This document shows, piece by piece, positions 17,672-27,470 of a DNA stretch of 64,000 nt. The stretch's first letter is position 1, and the number at the start of each line of letters is the position of its first letter. The DNA lies in contig CAZUZW010000009.1 of assembly GCA_964624855.1 (NCBI GenBank), positions 2,921 through 66,920 on the forward strand. Direction: 5' to 3'. Both the position numbers and the translations under genes were made by a program. The stretch comes from an uncultured Vicinamibacteraceae bacterium (GTDB lineage Bacteria > Acidobacteriota > Vicinamibacteria > Vicinamibacterales > UBA8438). Under the pieces are notes generated by a model. The model had not been told where the DNA came from, searched no databases, and saw nothing but the letters and a program-made list of their open reading frames with translations.

Positions 17672-18745
17672 TCAGGCCGTTTGTTTAGAGCTCGGACGTT
17701 TCAGTTCAGACTGTGTAATCCGCCGATAGACTTCTATATGCGCGTCTACCATTCTGTCCACACCAAAACGATCCTCTGCGAAACTACGGACGCGGCGGCG
17801 GTCGAGGGTCAGCACGGTTGATAGACCGGTGACAAGGGCATCGACTGTCGTGAAGATCCCGCCAGAAATGCCGTCATCAACAATTTCATGTACGGCGCCA
17901 CGGTCCAGAGCGGCAATGGGTGTGCCGCAGGCCATCGCCTCGGTTAATACTAGGCCAAAGGGTTCAGGCGATTGAATTGGATATATGAGGGCCTTCGCAT
18001 TTCTTAGTAGTTCGACTTTACCTTGGTGGTCGACTTCGCCCGCGTAACAGATTTTGTTTTCGTCAACCAGAGGCGCCACAACGTTACGGTAGTAGTCGTT
18101 TTCTGCGGCGGCAAGAACAAGGCGATTACCTGTTCGTCTGGCCACATCTATGGATTCTAGGACTCCCTTTCCTTCGGTGAATCGACCTAGAAAGAGAAGA
18201 TAGTCGTGAGGCGTAGCATTGAACTGAAATTTGGATAGGTTTAGCGCATGATGAACAATCCCGACCACATTCAGATCGGACAGGTGACTGGCCTGAAACG
18301 CTGATATTGCGATGAATGGTATTTTTCGGTGTTTTGCCCACAACGCAATTTCCTGCGACGAGGGAGTATGGTGGATCGTTTGCACTACAGGGGTTGGTGA
18401 AATCTGGTCGTAGGCTAGTGCGATCGGTGAGTATTCGGCTTGGTGGTGAATTACATCAAAAGAGTCGGCCTGTTTGACGGCTTCCGCTAAATTGAGCAGC
18501 TCGCAAAGTTCCCAAGGCCAAATTGACAGATCTTCGTGATAGCCACGTTCAAAAATTGTATGCAATTCTGCGGCAGTGGCTGAGTTCCCTGTGGCAAACA
18601 GTGTCACATGATGCCCGCGCGCGACCAAACCATCCGCGAGTAACGCGGTGATGGTCTCCACTGACCCTGACCGAGGCGGTGGGATTGGTTGTGCGACTGG
18701 TGCAACAAGTGCGATACGCATGGTGTCAGATCGGATCATGTGCAC
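17672..18745 (-). CDS. GT4-family glycosyltransferase
   Basis: EX7E motif SPEPFGLVLTEAMACGTPIAALDRGAVHEIV. An alternative start is at 18721 (MRIALVAP). Confidence 0.85.
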   Translation of the reverse strand: MHMIRSDTMRIALVAPVAQPIPPPRSGSVETITALLADGLVARGHHVTLFATGNSATAAELHTIFERGYHEDLSIWPWELCELLNLAEAVKQADSFDVIHHQAEYSPIALAYDQISPTPVVQTIHHTPSSQEIALWAKHRKIPFIAISAFQASHLSDLNVVGIVHHALNLSKFQFNATPHDYLLFLGRFTEGKGVLESIDVARRTGNRLVLAAAENDYYRNVVAPLVDENKICYAGEVDHQGKVELLRNAKALIYPIQSPEPFGLVLTEAMACGTPIAALDRGAVHEIVDDGISGGIFTTVDALVTGLSTVLTLDRRRVRSFAEDRFGVDRMVDAHIEVYRRITQSELKRPSSKQTA

Positions 18746-19866
18746 GCAATATCGAGTAAACGAGACAATACACGTCGTGCCGCGAAGTGTTCATCTGCGA
18801 TGCGAATAGCTTGGGCAGAGTGTAGTGTGTAATCCTGATTGACTTGTTCCAAGGCGTCGATTGCTTCTTCAGGTGTTGAGAATGGAATCAAACCCTGTCC
18901 GGAGTGGAGATGTTCAGACCACCCAGTGTCTTGAACGACAGCTGGTCGGCCCGCCGCCAGATAGCACTCTGTTCTGTCACTGAACCATCCTGACCAACGG
19001 TCTACATACGCGTGTTTGGCAATGCTGAATTCTGCCCGCGATTTACGAACGAAATCTCGGTAGTCCCATAGAGAGCGGGACACGTTCATTGCGTCTATAA
19101 CGTCCCAGCCATGTTTAATGAGTAAATCACGAGGCCCATTGATAGCGAGTTCAAATTGACTGTCTGTTTGAGTCGGCAAGTCAATGAAACGGATAAATTG
19201 GCGGTCCTTATTGCCGTCAACATCCGTAAAACTTTCATTTTTCCAGGTCATCACCGTCGTAAATTTGTCGTGACTTGGCGGATCACTGGTGTGCCAAAGT
19301 TCTGTCACAATGGGTTGCCATGTCTTGTGCCATGTGAATCCTCCGGTGGGTACATCTGATCGAGAGGTTCCAATATTGGCACCGAAGGTGAAAAGGTGAT
19401 CGAAAGTTCGAAAGAAATTCACATACCAGTCATCACCTTTGGCAATGGCCAGTTGTGTGAAGACCGGATCGGAATCGATAAATACTTTGCGTGGAATCGA
19501 GGCGTATTCATCGCGCCAAAACCAGGAACCACCTGATAAATTGATGAACAGATCAGCATCAGCACAGAACTCTTGAACCGACTGACGAGACCGCCCGTGG
19601 TAGGTGTTGTCGTAGTTAACAAAGCACCAGCGATCGCTAAGATCGAATCGACTTAGAGCCTCTTGAAGATATTTCGTTCCATACGTTGGGTCTGGATTGA
19701 TTGTGTTGAGATCGGCATCATAGATGCATTCACCGGTGTCTTCGATATAGAGGACTTCGTGGCCGAGTTCACGCAGTCCCAGAAGGTACATCAGTGAGCA
19801 CCAAGTCACACCACCAAACGGGTAGCGTCCGATAATACCGGCAAAAAGAATCTTCACGAGTTTCAA
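18736..19866 (-). CDS. Putative GT-B fold glycosyltransferase (CgeB-like), function unknown
   Basis: The N-terminus KILFAGIIGRYPFGGVTWCSLMYLLGLRELGHEVLYIED and the C-terminus YLAAGRPAVVQDTG...STPEEAIDALEQV resemble CgeB/DUF-type GT1-like proteins. Weak recognition only. Confidence 0.4.
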   Translation of the reverse strand: MKLVKILFAGIIGRYPFGGVTWCSLMYLLGLRELGHEVLYIEDTGECIYDADLNTINPDPTYGTKYLQEALSRFDLSDRWCFVNYDNTYHGRSRQSVQEFCADADLFINLSGGSWFWRDEYASIPRKVFIDSDPVFTQLAIAKGDDWYVNFFRTFDHLFTFGANIGTSRSDVPTGGFTWHKTWQPIVTELWHTSDPPSHDKFTTVMTWKNESFTDVDGNKDRQFIRFIDLPTQTDSQFELAINGPRDLLIKHGWDVIDAMNVSRSLWDYRDFVRKSRAEFSIAKHAYVDRWSGWFSDRTECYLAAGRPAVVQDTGWSEHLHSGQGLIPFSTPEEAIDALEQVNQDYTLHSAQAIRIADEHFAARRVLSRLLDIACT

Positions 19867-19927
19867 ATTCCAATAGAAGCTAATGCCGAACCGGTTACCG
19901 TTCGTTTAACCGGCTCAAGACCAGTGG

Positions 19928-21745
19928 TTATGGTTTCATCAATTCTTCCATTGTTTCAGGATCGTCCAGCAGTCGACCTTCTGAGAGTCGTTTCCACATC
20001 TGCTGATAGAGATTATTTGAATCCATCAGTTGTAAATGTGTGCCTTGCGCCACGAGTTGTCCTTTCTGCAGAACTAGGATCCGGGTTGCATGCTTAATAG
20101 TCGAGAGGCGATGTGCGATAACGAGGATGGTGCGGGTTGTTCTCATCGACTCAAGCGCACTAAAAATTTCAGACTCAGAAATCGTATCCATCGAAGACGT
20201 TGGTTCGTCTAGTATGAGAATTGGAGCGTTCTTAAGAAACGCACGGGCTATTCCGAGGCGTTGACGCTCTCCTCCAGATAGTGATGCGCCGCCCTCGGCC
20301 ACGACAGTTTCGTAACCGTGGGGCAATCCCGTTATAAGGTGATGGATATGAGCTGCACTTGCTGCGTTCCTGATGTCATCCATTGAGGCATCGAGTCGAC
20401 CATACCGGATATTGTCGGCAATTGAACCAGTAAACAGGATGGGATTCTGAGGGACGGTTGCTATCTGTTCTCGGAGAGGTTGAAGAGAGTAGTCAGCTAG
20501 GTCGGTCCCGTCAATCGATACGTGACCAGCGGTAGGTTCAAACAGCCTAGGGATGAGGTTAGCGATCGTCGTTTTCCCGGTACCGGAAATGCCGACAAGA
20601 GCTACCAGTTCCCCTGGTTTGACTTCGAAACTAATGTTGGCGAGTACGGGGCTAGCGGGTTCGTATGCAAAGTTCACCCTGTCGAACCGAATATGTCCTC
20701 GGATGGAGGGGGCAGTGATTGTGTTTGGTAGGTCAAGTGGTTCTGGGGTGATCGAAAATATTTCACGAACACGACGAGCACTCACAACGGCCTGTCTTAG
20801 TGACCCGGTCGTATGAGCGATCTCAGAGATAGGGTTATAAACGGCTGCCATGTATGCAATCACAATGAGCAGACTGCCCAATGTGAGGCTGCCGTCTAAG
20901 ACATGAAGGCCTCCGACGACGAGTACTAAGGCAGTTCCGCCAAGGGTGATCGTTGTAACCGTCAGCGAGAATATCGATTCTTGCCAGGTCAACCCAAGTC
21001 GTTCCTGCATTGTGTCGTGGCCTTGTTTGGCAAAGCGGTCCACTTCATACCGTTCTCGCGCGAAGCTCTTGACTGCTGAGATCGTTGAGAGAATCTCAAA
21101 AGCTCGCTCTACTACCGATGATTCCAACACTTTTACCCGTTCAGCACGGTCGGTCATTGTTCTCGTGTAGTACCTGAGCGACAGATAGAGGAAGGGCACG
21201 ACGACAAGTGAGAGTAGTGCCAGCGTTACGTCGAGGTATACGAGTACGGAGAACATGACTCCTAAATTAACTGTTGCCAGCGTGAGCGGGAAAACGCCGC
21301 CAATGATTAAGTCGTCGACACAATGGGCGTCCGCGTCTAGCCGATATACGGAATCGGCTGTTTTTGTCAGAATATGATGTCGCAACGGGAGTGCTTGGAG
21401 GTGATGAAGCAGTTGGGATCGAAGCTTATAAACGATTCGCTGCGCCATATCGACTTGAAGTTGTGTATGGATAATCCGAACCAGTTCATTTGAAATTTGA
21501 ATGAGTAGGCCTATGACAACAACTAGGATCAACAGTGCTGCCAAACTGTTGCCAACGGTTGAGCGCGTAATCTCTGCGATTGGTCCCGGTAGTTGTTGTC
21601 CTCCTAGGACATTGTCAACAATGACTTTCAGCGGCCACGGTGCAAGCGCGGCTAGTCCAATTTCTGCTAAGCAGAGCAGGGAGATCCACAGCACTCTCGC
21701 TCGATAAGGACTGAGAAACGACAACGTCCAAGACACCAATGTCAT
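19928..21745 (-). CDS. ABC exporter, fused permease/ATPase (MsbA-like, homodimer type)
   Basis: Six-TM domain followed by Walker A GISGTGKTT, signature LSGGERQRLGIARAF and Walker B ILILDEPTS. Confidence 0.9.
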   Translation of the reverse strand: MTLVSWTLSFLSPYRARVLWISLLCLAEIGLAALAPWPLKVIVDNVLGGQQLPGPIAEITRSTVGNSLAALLILVVVIGLLIQISNELVRIIHTQLQVDMAQRIVYKLRSQLLHHLQALPLRHHILTKTADSVYRLDADAHCVDDLIIGGVFPLTLATVNLGVMFSVLVYLDVTLALLSLVVVPFLYLSLRYYTRTMTDRAERVKVLESSVVERAFEILSTISAVKSFARERYEVDRFAKQGHDTMQERLGLTWQESIFSLTVTTITLGGTALVLVVGGLHVLDGSLTLGSLLIVIAYMAAVYNPISEIAHTTGSLRQAVVSARRVREIFSITPEPLDLPNTITAPSIRGHIRFDRVNFAYEPASPVLANISFEVKPGELVALVGISGTGKTTIANLIPRLFEPTAGHVSIDGTDLADYSLQPLREQIATVPQNPILFTGSIADNIRYGRLDASMDDIRNAASAAHIHHLITGLPHGYETVVAEGGASLSGGERQRLGIARAFLKNAPILILDEPTSSMDTISESEIFSALESMRTTRTILVIAHRLSTIKHATRILVLQKGQLVAQGTHLQLMDSNNLYQQMWKRLSEGRLLDDPETMEELMKP

Positions 21746-21760
21746 CTTGTCTTGCGGTCT

Positions 21761-24451
21761 CTACTGTTCTGACAGTGTTGTTTTTGCTGACCGCCGCGCC
21801 GAAATTGGTACTGGCCGTGGAAGCGGTAAAGGCATCATTCCTGCGGCGGTCGCGACGCGTATTACTGCGTTATTGAGCAGGGCGGTTACGCGAATGGTCT
21901 GCCAAACCGCACGCGTGACAATTACGCCAATTGTAGCAATGGATACGCCGACGCCGACCGAGGGTTGATAGAGGAATATTGAGGCGCTAGTTCCTCCAGC
22001 GAGTAATAGTGCTAATAATGAACTACGAACAGTGCCAACGAAACTGAATCGAAGTCGTGCGCGAACCCGAAAAAGGCAGTGACCGCCCTCATGGTCCTCA
22101 ACCAAACTCCTGATATGAAGCCATGCCCATTTGCCTATTGCTAGGCTGAGGTCGCGGTCTGGCCGCCAACCTTCGTCGACGTAGACGGGTTGTGCGGGAC
22201 GTGACGCCCGAAGTACCCCCACCAGTTCTGTCAGTAATTCCGTGTACGACAGTCTAGATTCACTCCAGAATGAATATTCGCTTCCGTGTCTCTTGAATAG
22301 TCGGCTGACTCTAAGTGCGTCCTGTAGTGTGGGCACCGGCGATTTCCAGGGATGACGTGTGACATGTTGAGCTTGAACCGTTGGAGGTTGTGCTAGGCCG
22401 CGCAGTCGGCCTACGAATCGAGCCCATGGTTGGATTAAGTGTAGCCACCCGATGACCGCGCGGTGGAAAATTTGTCTTTTACGGAAAGGCCATAAATTGA
22501 TTCTTGGCAGACCACGGAGGTCGGACTGCCACGCACATAATCCACAGCGAAATAGTGTTGTCAAGATTCCTGCGGCACCAGTAATTAGGGGTAACCAGGC
22601 GGCATCCATGCCAGCAAGTGGCCCGAATATTCCGATCAACAGCATGACTAGAGAGGCGCCCATCCAAGCGGGCGAATGTGGAAGAAAATGCCAGGCGTGA
22701 GGCCTAGTTGTGTACACGGAAGGAAACGCGGCTGTGCCCCAGACACCATTGTTGACTCTACGCTCAGTAGTTCTGCGAAGCAGGGGCAAAGAGCTATAGA
22801 TCCGGCCGTGCCATAACATCTGATCACCAAGGAATTTTTCAGGATGATGCGCATCAAGCCAAGTTTCTCCTTCTCCGTAGCCTGTTTGTTGGCGCCAATA
22901 TGCTTTGATACTGCTTCGGTGGTGGTGCCACACAAGTGCTGATGGAGAAAACACAATCTTGAAACCTCGTGCCTGTAGCCTCCAACAGATGTCTACATCG
23001 TCTCCAGCGCGAAGATAGACGTCATTAAAACCACCGATGGAAAGTAAGGCCTGTCTCCGGAATGCCATGTTGCAACCCGGAATATGTTCGGCGATTCGGT
23101 CATCCAACATGACGTGAGTCGGACCACCAGGTGCTCTTGCTACACATTGTGCGATCCAGGGATCATCTTGAGGAACAACGTTTGGTCCTCCCACTCCGAC
23201 CGCGCTCGAGGTAAGCATCGGTTGAACCAGATACGTCAACCAGTCGACATCCACGCGACAATCTGCGTCGGTGTAGGCGACTAGGTCACCGGTCGCGGCA
23301 AAGAGACCAGCATTTCTAGCTGCACTGAGTCCACCATTTTTCACTTCGATCAGCCGGATGTTTGGCTGCTCTCTAGCGATCGCTGCTGTGGTATCGGAGG
23401 AACCATCGTTAACGACAATAATTTCAAAATTTGGATAGATCAGCGCTTGCAAAGAATTCAGACAGTCGCTTAGTGTGTCCGCGGCGTTATAGGCACACAC
23501 CACCACGGATACACTGGGCCATTTGTTTTGTTCCATCTTTGGGAACGGTGCTTGGTTCAGTGTTTGTGCTACTGCGGCGAGTGCTGGTTTTGGGTCTCGA
23601 TTTTTATCGACCAGCCCAAATGCCCAATCGTTAACTTCGTGGCCACCCCTCCACCATTCGTCAGTCCACGTATACGCCACGGCACCACAGGCCCCTTCCG
23701 TAAACGCGGCTTTGAGCTGCATCGTGGTCAACCTGGCTTGACCCTCTCTCGTCTCACGAATGCTGTCCGCTCCTGCTTCCGCCAGGAGCAAGGGCTTGGC
23801 CCCGGCGATGTGGTGTAAACGTGCGAGGTAGGCGCGCAGTTCGGTTTCACGGTGGAGGTAGACGTTAAACGAACAAACGTCAAAACACTCGAGGTCAAGA
23901 TGTTCGGTGGGTGGAAAATTGACGTACGTAAAAAGGTGATCAGGAGCCGTGGCTTTTAAATCCTGATATAGGTCGCGGAGAAAATGTTCTATCCGCTTTG
24001 CTCCATGCCACCGGACAATTCCAGCGGGGATCTCGTTTCCGACTGCGAACATCAGGAGTGAGGGTTTGTCCGCCAACCGTCGGACAGTCTCTACCAGGTT
24101 GCGCCGAATCTTCTTAATGGCTTTGGGGTCGTCCAAGAAGGGAATATGTTGAGACCAAGGTAGGCCCGCAATAATGCGAAGGTTCTGATCAGCCGCGGCG
24201 TCAAGCAAAGACGAGGATGGTTCTGTATACGTACGGATGGTATTGAACCCATTGTCTGACATCATCGCCACGTCACGGGCGATTTGTGGTGGGGACGGAT
24301 ATTGGTCCCCGTTTGCGTCGGGCACAAACGTGCCATACGACACACCCTTGATGAGAAAGCGCCGTTGGTCGATGGCTAGAAATTTTCCGTCAATCCGAGG
24401 TCTAGCGGTGAGAGACTCGACAAAATCACTGGTCGTTATTGCTTTAGTCAC
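21761..24451 (-). CDS. Fusion protein: N-terminal clan GH-A-like TIM-barrel glycosidase domain + GT2 processive-type glycosyltransferase + C-terminal multi-TM domain
   Basis: N-terminus: FLIKGVSYG, FNTIRTY, AVGNEIP (NE acid/base-like) and LLLAEAGADS. Middle: VSVVVCAYNAADTLSDCLNSL...IIVVNDGSSDTT, TDADC, GDDVDICWRL and WRQQTGYGEG. C-terminus: several hydrophobic helices. Confidence 0.75.
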   Translation of the reverse strand: MTKAITTSDFVESLTARPRIDGKFLAIDQRRFLIKGVSYGTFVPDANGDQYPSPPQIARDVAMMSDNGFNTIRTYTEPSSSLLDAAADQNLRIIAGLPWSQHIPFLDDPKAIKKIRRNLVETVRRLADKPSLLMFAVGNEIPAGIVRWHGAKRIEHFLRDLYQDLKATAPDHLFTYVNFPPTEHLDLECFDVCSFNVYLHRETELRAYLARLHHIAGAKPLLLAEAGADSIRETREGQARLTTMQLKAAFTEGACGAVAYTWTDEWWRGGHEVNDWAFGLVDKNRDPKPALAAVAQTLNQAPFPKMEQNKWPSVSVVVCAYNAADTLSDCLNSLQALIYPNFEIIVVNDGSSDTTAAIAREQPNIRLIEVKNGGLSAARNAGLFAATGDLVAYTDADCRVDVDWLTYLVQPMLTSSAVGVGGPNVVPQDDPWIAQCVARAPGGPTHVMLDDRIAEHIPGCNMAFRRQALLSIGGFNDVYLRAGDDVDICWRLQARGFKIVFSPSALVWHHHRSSIKAYWRQQTGYGEGETWLDAHHPEKFLGDQMLWHGRIYSSLPLLRRTTERRVNNGVWGTAAFPSVYTTRPHAWHFLPHSPAWMGASLVMLLIGIFGPLAGMDAAWLPLITGAAGILTTLFRCGLCAWQSDLRGLPRINLWPFRKRQIFHRAVIGWLHLIQPWARFVGRLRGLAQPPTVQAQHVTRHPWKSPVPTLQDALRVSRLFKRHGSEYSFWSESRLSYTELLTELVGVLRASRPAQPVYVDEGWRPDRDLSLAIGKWAWLHIRSLVEDHEGGHCLFRVRARLRFSFVGTVRSSLLALLLAGGTSASIFLYQPSVGVGVSIATIGVIVTRAVWQTIRVTALLNNAVIRVATAAGMMPLPLPRPVPISARRSAKTTLSEQ

Positions 24452-24528
24452 TGATCCGTCGCCATATAAGTGCAGCTTGCCCCTAGCGGTCTTGCTGTTA
24501 GATACCTAATCACGAATGTCGTGCCTAG

Positions 24529-26586
24529 TTAGGGTAACGACAGCGCAATCAACTCCGGAACTCGTCCACCACCAACTGTGAGGGCAAGGTACTGTTTACC
24601 GTCAAGCATGTACGTCATCGGCGTGCCAATTGCTCCACCAGGGAGGTCGACCGATGCCACTTCATCACCTGTCATTTTGTCCAAAGCTACCAACCGAGGC
24701 CCGTCGTTGTTCCCCCCCGTTGTTAAGGCATAGATCAACAAGTTCTTGGTTAGCAATGGTCCGGCGCGGCTACTGTCGCCACCTAGTGGCGGAAGGTTCA
24801 AGTCCCTAAGCATCGGCAGGTTTCGAATCCGGTCGCCATTACCCATCGGTTTCATCCACAAATGTTCCCCAGTGCTTAGGTCGATGGCGGTCATGCGCGA
24901 GTATGGTGGCTTAAACAAGGGTAGACCTTGAGGCATTTGTGGCATGTGGGCGAGCTCACCTCGAGCTTCAATGACAGCTAATGTGGCGGGTTCACCTGGT
25001 TCCGGTTCACGGAAATGCTTCACGGAAAATGCATTATTGGACGGCACGTAGAGAATCTCGGTTTCGGGGTCGAACGCCGCGCCAGACCAGTTCGCACCGC
25101 CACCAGCGCTGGGCCGTTGGATTGTTCCCTGCAGCGACTGCGGCGTAAACAACGGACCTATACGGTACGGTTCGACAGCGTCGATGGCCATCTGTCGAAT
25201 TTCAGGGGTGAAGTCAGCCAGGTCTTCCACTGTCACGCCTTGGTACTCGAACGGCGCAGGGCGGGTGGGGAAAGGTTGCGTTAGTGATGGTTGTTCCCCT
25301 GGGACATCCGTATCCGTTGGGACGGACCGTTCTTCAATTGGCCAGATAGGCTCGCCGGTGATGCGGTCAAATGCATAAACGAAGCCCTGTTTGCTGATCT
25401 GAACGAGCGCTTTGACAGGACCGCGTCCTTCGACGTTGACATCGACCAGATTTGGTGCCGCAGGGAAGTCGTAATCCCAGAGCCCGTGGTGTACTGCCTG
25501 AAAATGCCAAGCTCGTTCGCCGGTGGCGATGTCCAATGCGATGATACTTTCAGCAAACAAATTGTCGCCTAGACGGTGGCCACCGTAATAATCAGGTGCG
25601 GGTGTATTGGTCGGAAGGTAGATGTAGCCAAGCTCCGGGTCGGCGCTCATCATTGTCCAGACTCCGACCTTTCCCGTGTGCCGCCAGGAGTCTCCTGCCC
25701 ACGTGTCGTTTCCGAACTCATCGCCTTGGGGAATCGTGTGGAACGTCCAGTTCGTAGAGCCGGTTCTTACATCAAAACCTCGCATCCACCCGGGTGGTGC
25801 CTCTCTCGTGATGTTATACGACGAGATCGAAGACGGTGTCACGATTGTGTCTCCGACCACAAAGGGTGGTGATTGCACCGAGTAGAGCAGCGCGTTTAGC
25901 CAGTCCCGATCACCTCGCTGGGCCCGGGGTAGGTCGGCGACTAGGTCGGTCCAGCCGTTGTCACCGAAGTCAGGACATGGTCGACCCGTTTTTGCATCGA
26001 CACAGATGAGATAGCCGTTACCGGTACCAAAGAGAATCCGTTCATCTTGACGTTCTGGACCGTCCGACCAGTAAGCCACGCCGCGCTGGTTCCAACGCGC
26101 GCTCATTGTTGTTGTACCAGATTCATAAGTCTTGGGGTTGTAGACCCAGAGAGTTTCTCCGGTTCGCGCATCAATCGAGGCAGCTTGCGAGGTCGGCATA
26201 TTGATAAAAAGGCGACCGCCTACCATGATTGGCGTTGCCTTAAAGTTAGTAATGGTGGGCGGAAGACCGCCACGCCATAGGTTTGGATCTCGCCGGTTCA
26301 GTTCTTCAAAGATGAGGCGCGAGTCAGCCCACCATTCGCTACCATCAGGCATCGTCAGCCCGAGGAAACCGTCGGCAGATGTCCAGCGCCACGCGATTTC
26401 AAGATCCGAAAAATTATTACGATCAAGTTGATCGAGTGGGGAATATTTTGTGCTGCCGAGGTCGCCGCCGTAAGTTGGCCATTCGCCGTTGGGGGGTGCA
26501 CCGTTCTGAGCCAAGGCCACAGTCGATATTGAACAGATTAACAACACGACGATCAGGCTAATACCAGAGGTGTACCTAACGTTCAT
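24529..26586 (-). CDS. Secreted PQQ-dependent dehydrogenase (quinoprotein, 8-bladed propeller)
   Basis: Signal peptide, then the GEWPTYGGDLGSTKYSPLDQL opening motif and repeated W-containing blades typical of glucose/alcohol quinoprotein dehydrogenases. Confidence 0.85.
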   Translation of the reverse strand: MNVRYTSGISLIVVLLICSISTVALAQNGAPPNGEWPTYGGDLGSTKYSPLDQLDRNNFSDLEIAWRWTSADGFLGLTMPDGSEWWADSRLIFEELNRRDPNLWRGGLPPTITNFKATPIMVGGRLFINMPTSQAASIDARTGETLWVYNPKTYESGTTTMSARWNQRGVAYWSDGPERQDERILFGTGNGYLICVDAKTGRPCPDFGDNGWTDLVADLPRAQRGDRDWLNALLYSVQSPPFVVGDTIVTPSSISSYNITREAPPGWMRGFDVRTGSTNWTFHTIPQGDEFGNDTWAGDSWRHTGKVGVWTMMSADPELGYIYLPTNTPAPDYYGGHRLGDNLFAESIIALDIATGERAWHFQAVHHGLWDYDFPAAPNLVDVNVEGRGPVKALVQISKQGFVYAFDRITGEPIWPIEERSVPTDTDVPGEQPSLTQPFPTRPAPFEYQGVTVEDLADFTPEIRQMAIDAVEPYRIGPLFTPQSLQGTIQRPSAGGGANWSGAAFDPETEILYVPSNNAFSVKHFREPEPGEPATLAVIEARGELAHMPQMPQGLPLFKPPYSRMTAIDLSTGEHLWMKPMGNGDRIRNLPMLRDLNLPPLGGDSSRAGPLLTKNLLIYALTTGGNNDGPRLVALDKMTGDEVASVDLPGGAIGTPMTYMLDGKQYLALTVGGGRVPELIALSLP

Positions 26587-26774
26587 CGGAGCTACCTCGT
26601 TTCAAAAAAGTAGAAGAGCGAAATCAAAAGGAATAATATCCCGGAACTGGGTAACGTACGCTGCAGGGGTGTGATGTGCCGAAAACCGAGCGGGCTTCGA
26701 TCGACTGTCCACGCGTTTTGATCTCCGGTGGTGCGATATGCTGACAGTTGGATTAATGCTTTGAGGGGGTTGAA

Positions 26775-27470
26775 ATGTCGATGCAACGAGTGCTGATTAC
26801 AGGCGGTAGTCAAGGGATTGGAGCGGCATTGGTTGGAAAAATGCGCACTGCTGGTCATGAAGTGGTGTTTACCGGCAGAGACGAAGCTCGAATTTCCGCT
26901 GTCGCGCAGGAATTCGGTGCAGTTGGTGTTCGTGCCGACGTGTCAGTTGGTGATGACAATGAGCGGGTAGTTGAAACCTGTGTCAGTCAGCTGGGCGGAA
27001 TTGACGTCTTGGTAAACAACGCTGCCTTTCCCTATCAGGCCGAAATTGGAGACTTTGATGTGGAACGGATGCGGGAACTATTTGCGACGAATGTTTTTGG
27101 CGTGGTTGATTTGTCCAATCGAGTGGTGCCCTTGATGAAGACTCAGCAGTCCGGGGACATTGTGAATATAGCGTCCACAACAGGGCTGAAAGGCTACAAG
27201 ACGGGAACCGCCTATGCCGGTAGTAAGTGGGCGTTGCGAGGGATCAGCCAGTGTTGGCAAGCCGAGCTTCGCCCTTACGGTATCCGTGTCATCAGCTTGT
27301 GCCCGTCCGAGGTTCAGACAGACTGGGGTGGGCGGACAGGTAGAAACAATCCCAATAAACTATATGCGGACGATATTGCCGATACCATCATGGCGGCATT
27401 GAGTACGACGAGACGTACACTGTGGCCGGAGCTTGCAGTGTTTGCCACAAATCCTTGGAAAGAAGATTGA
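26775..27470 (+). CDS. Short-chain dehydrogenase/reductase (SDR)
   Basis: TGGSQGIG cofactor motif and YAGSK catalytic motif. GAGGGGG lies upstream of the ATG. Confidence 0.9.
   Translation: MSMQRVLITGGSQGIGAALVGKMRTAGHEVVFTGRDEARISAVAQEFGAVGVRADVSVGDDNERVVETCVSQLGGIDVLVNNAAFPYQAEIGDFDVERMRELFATNVFGVVDLSNRVVPLMKTQQSGDIVNIASTTGLKGYKTGTAYAGSKWALRGISQCWQAELRPYGIRVISLCPSEVQTDWGGRTGRNNPNKLYADDIADTIMAALSTTRRTLWPELAVFATNPWKED

Noticed and set aside
26592-26858. 88-aa minus-strand ORF between the PQQ dehydrogenase and the SDR gene
   Set aside because: It overlaps the SDR start and its RBS, has no family resemblance, and probably just fills a promoter region.
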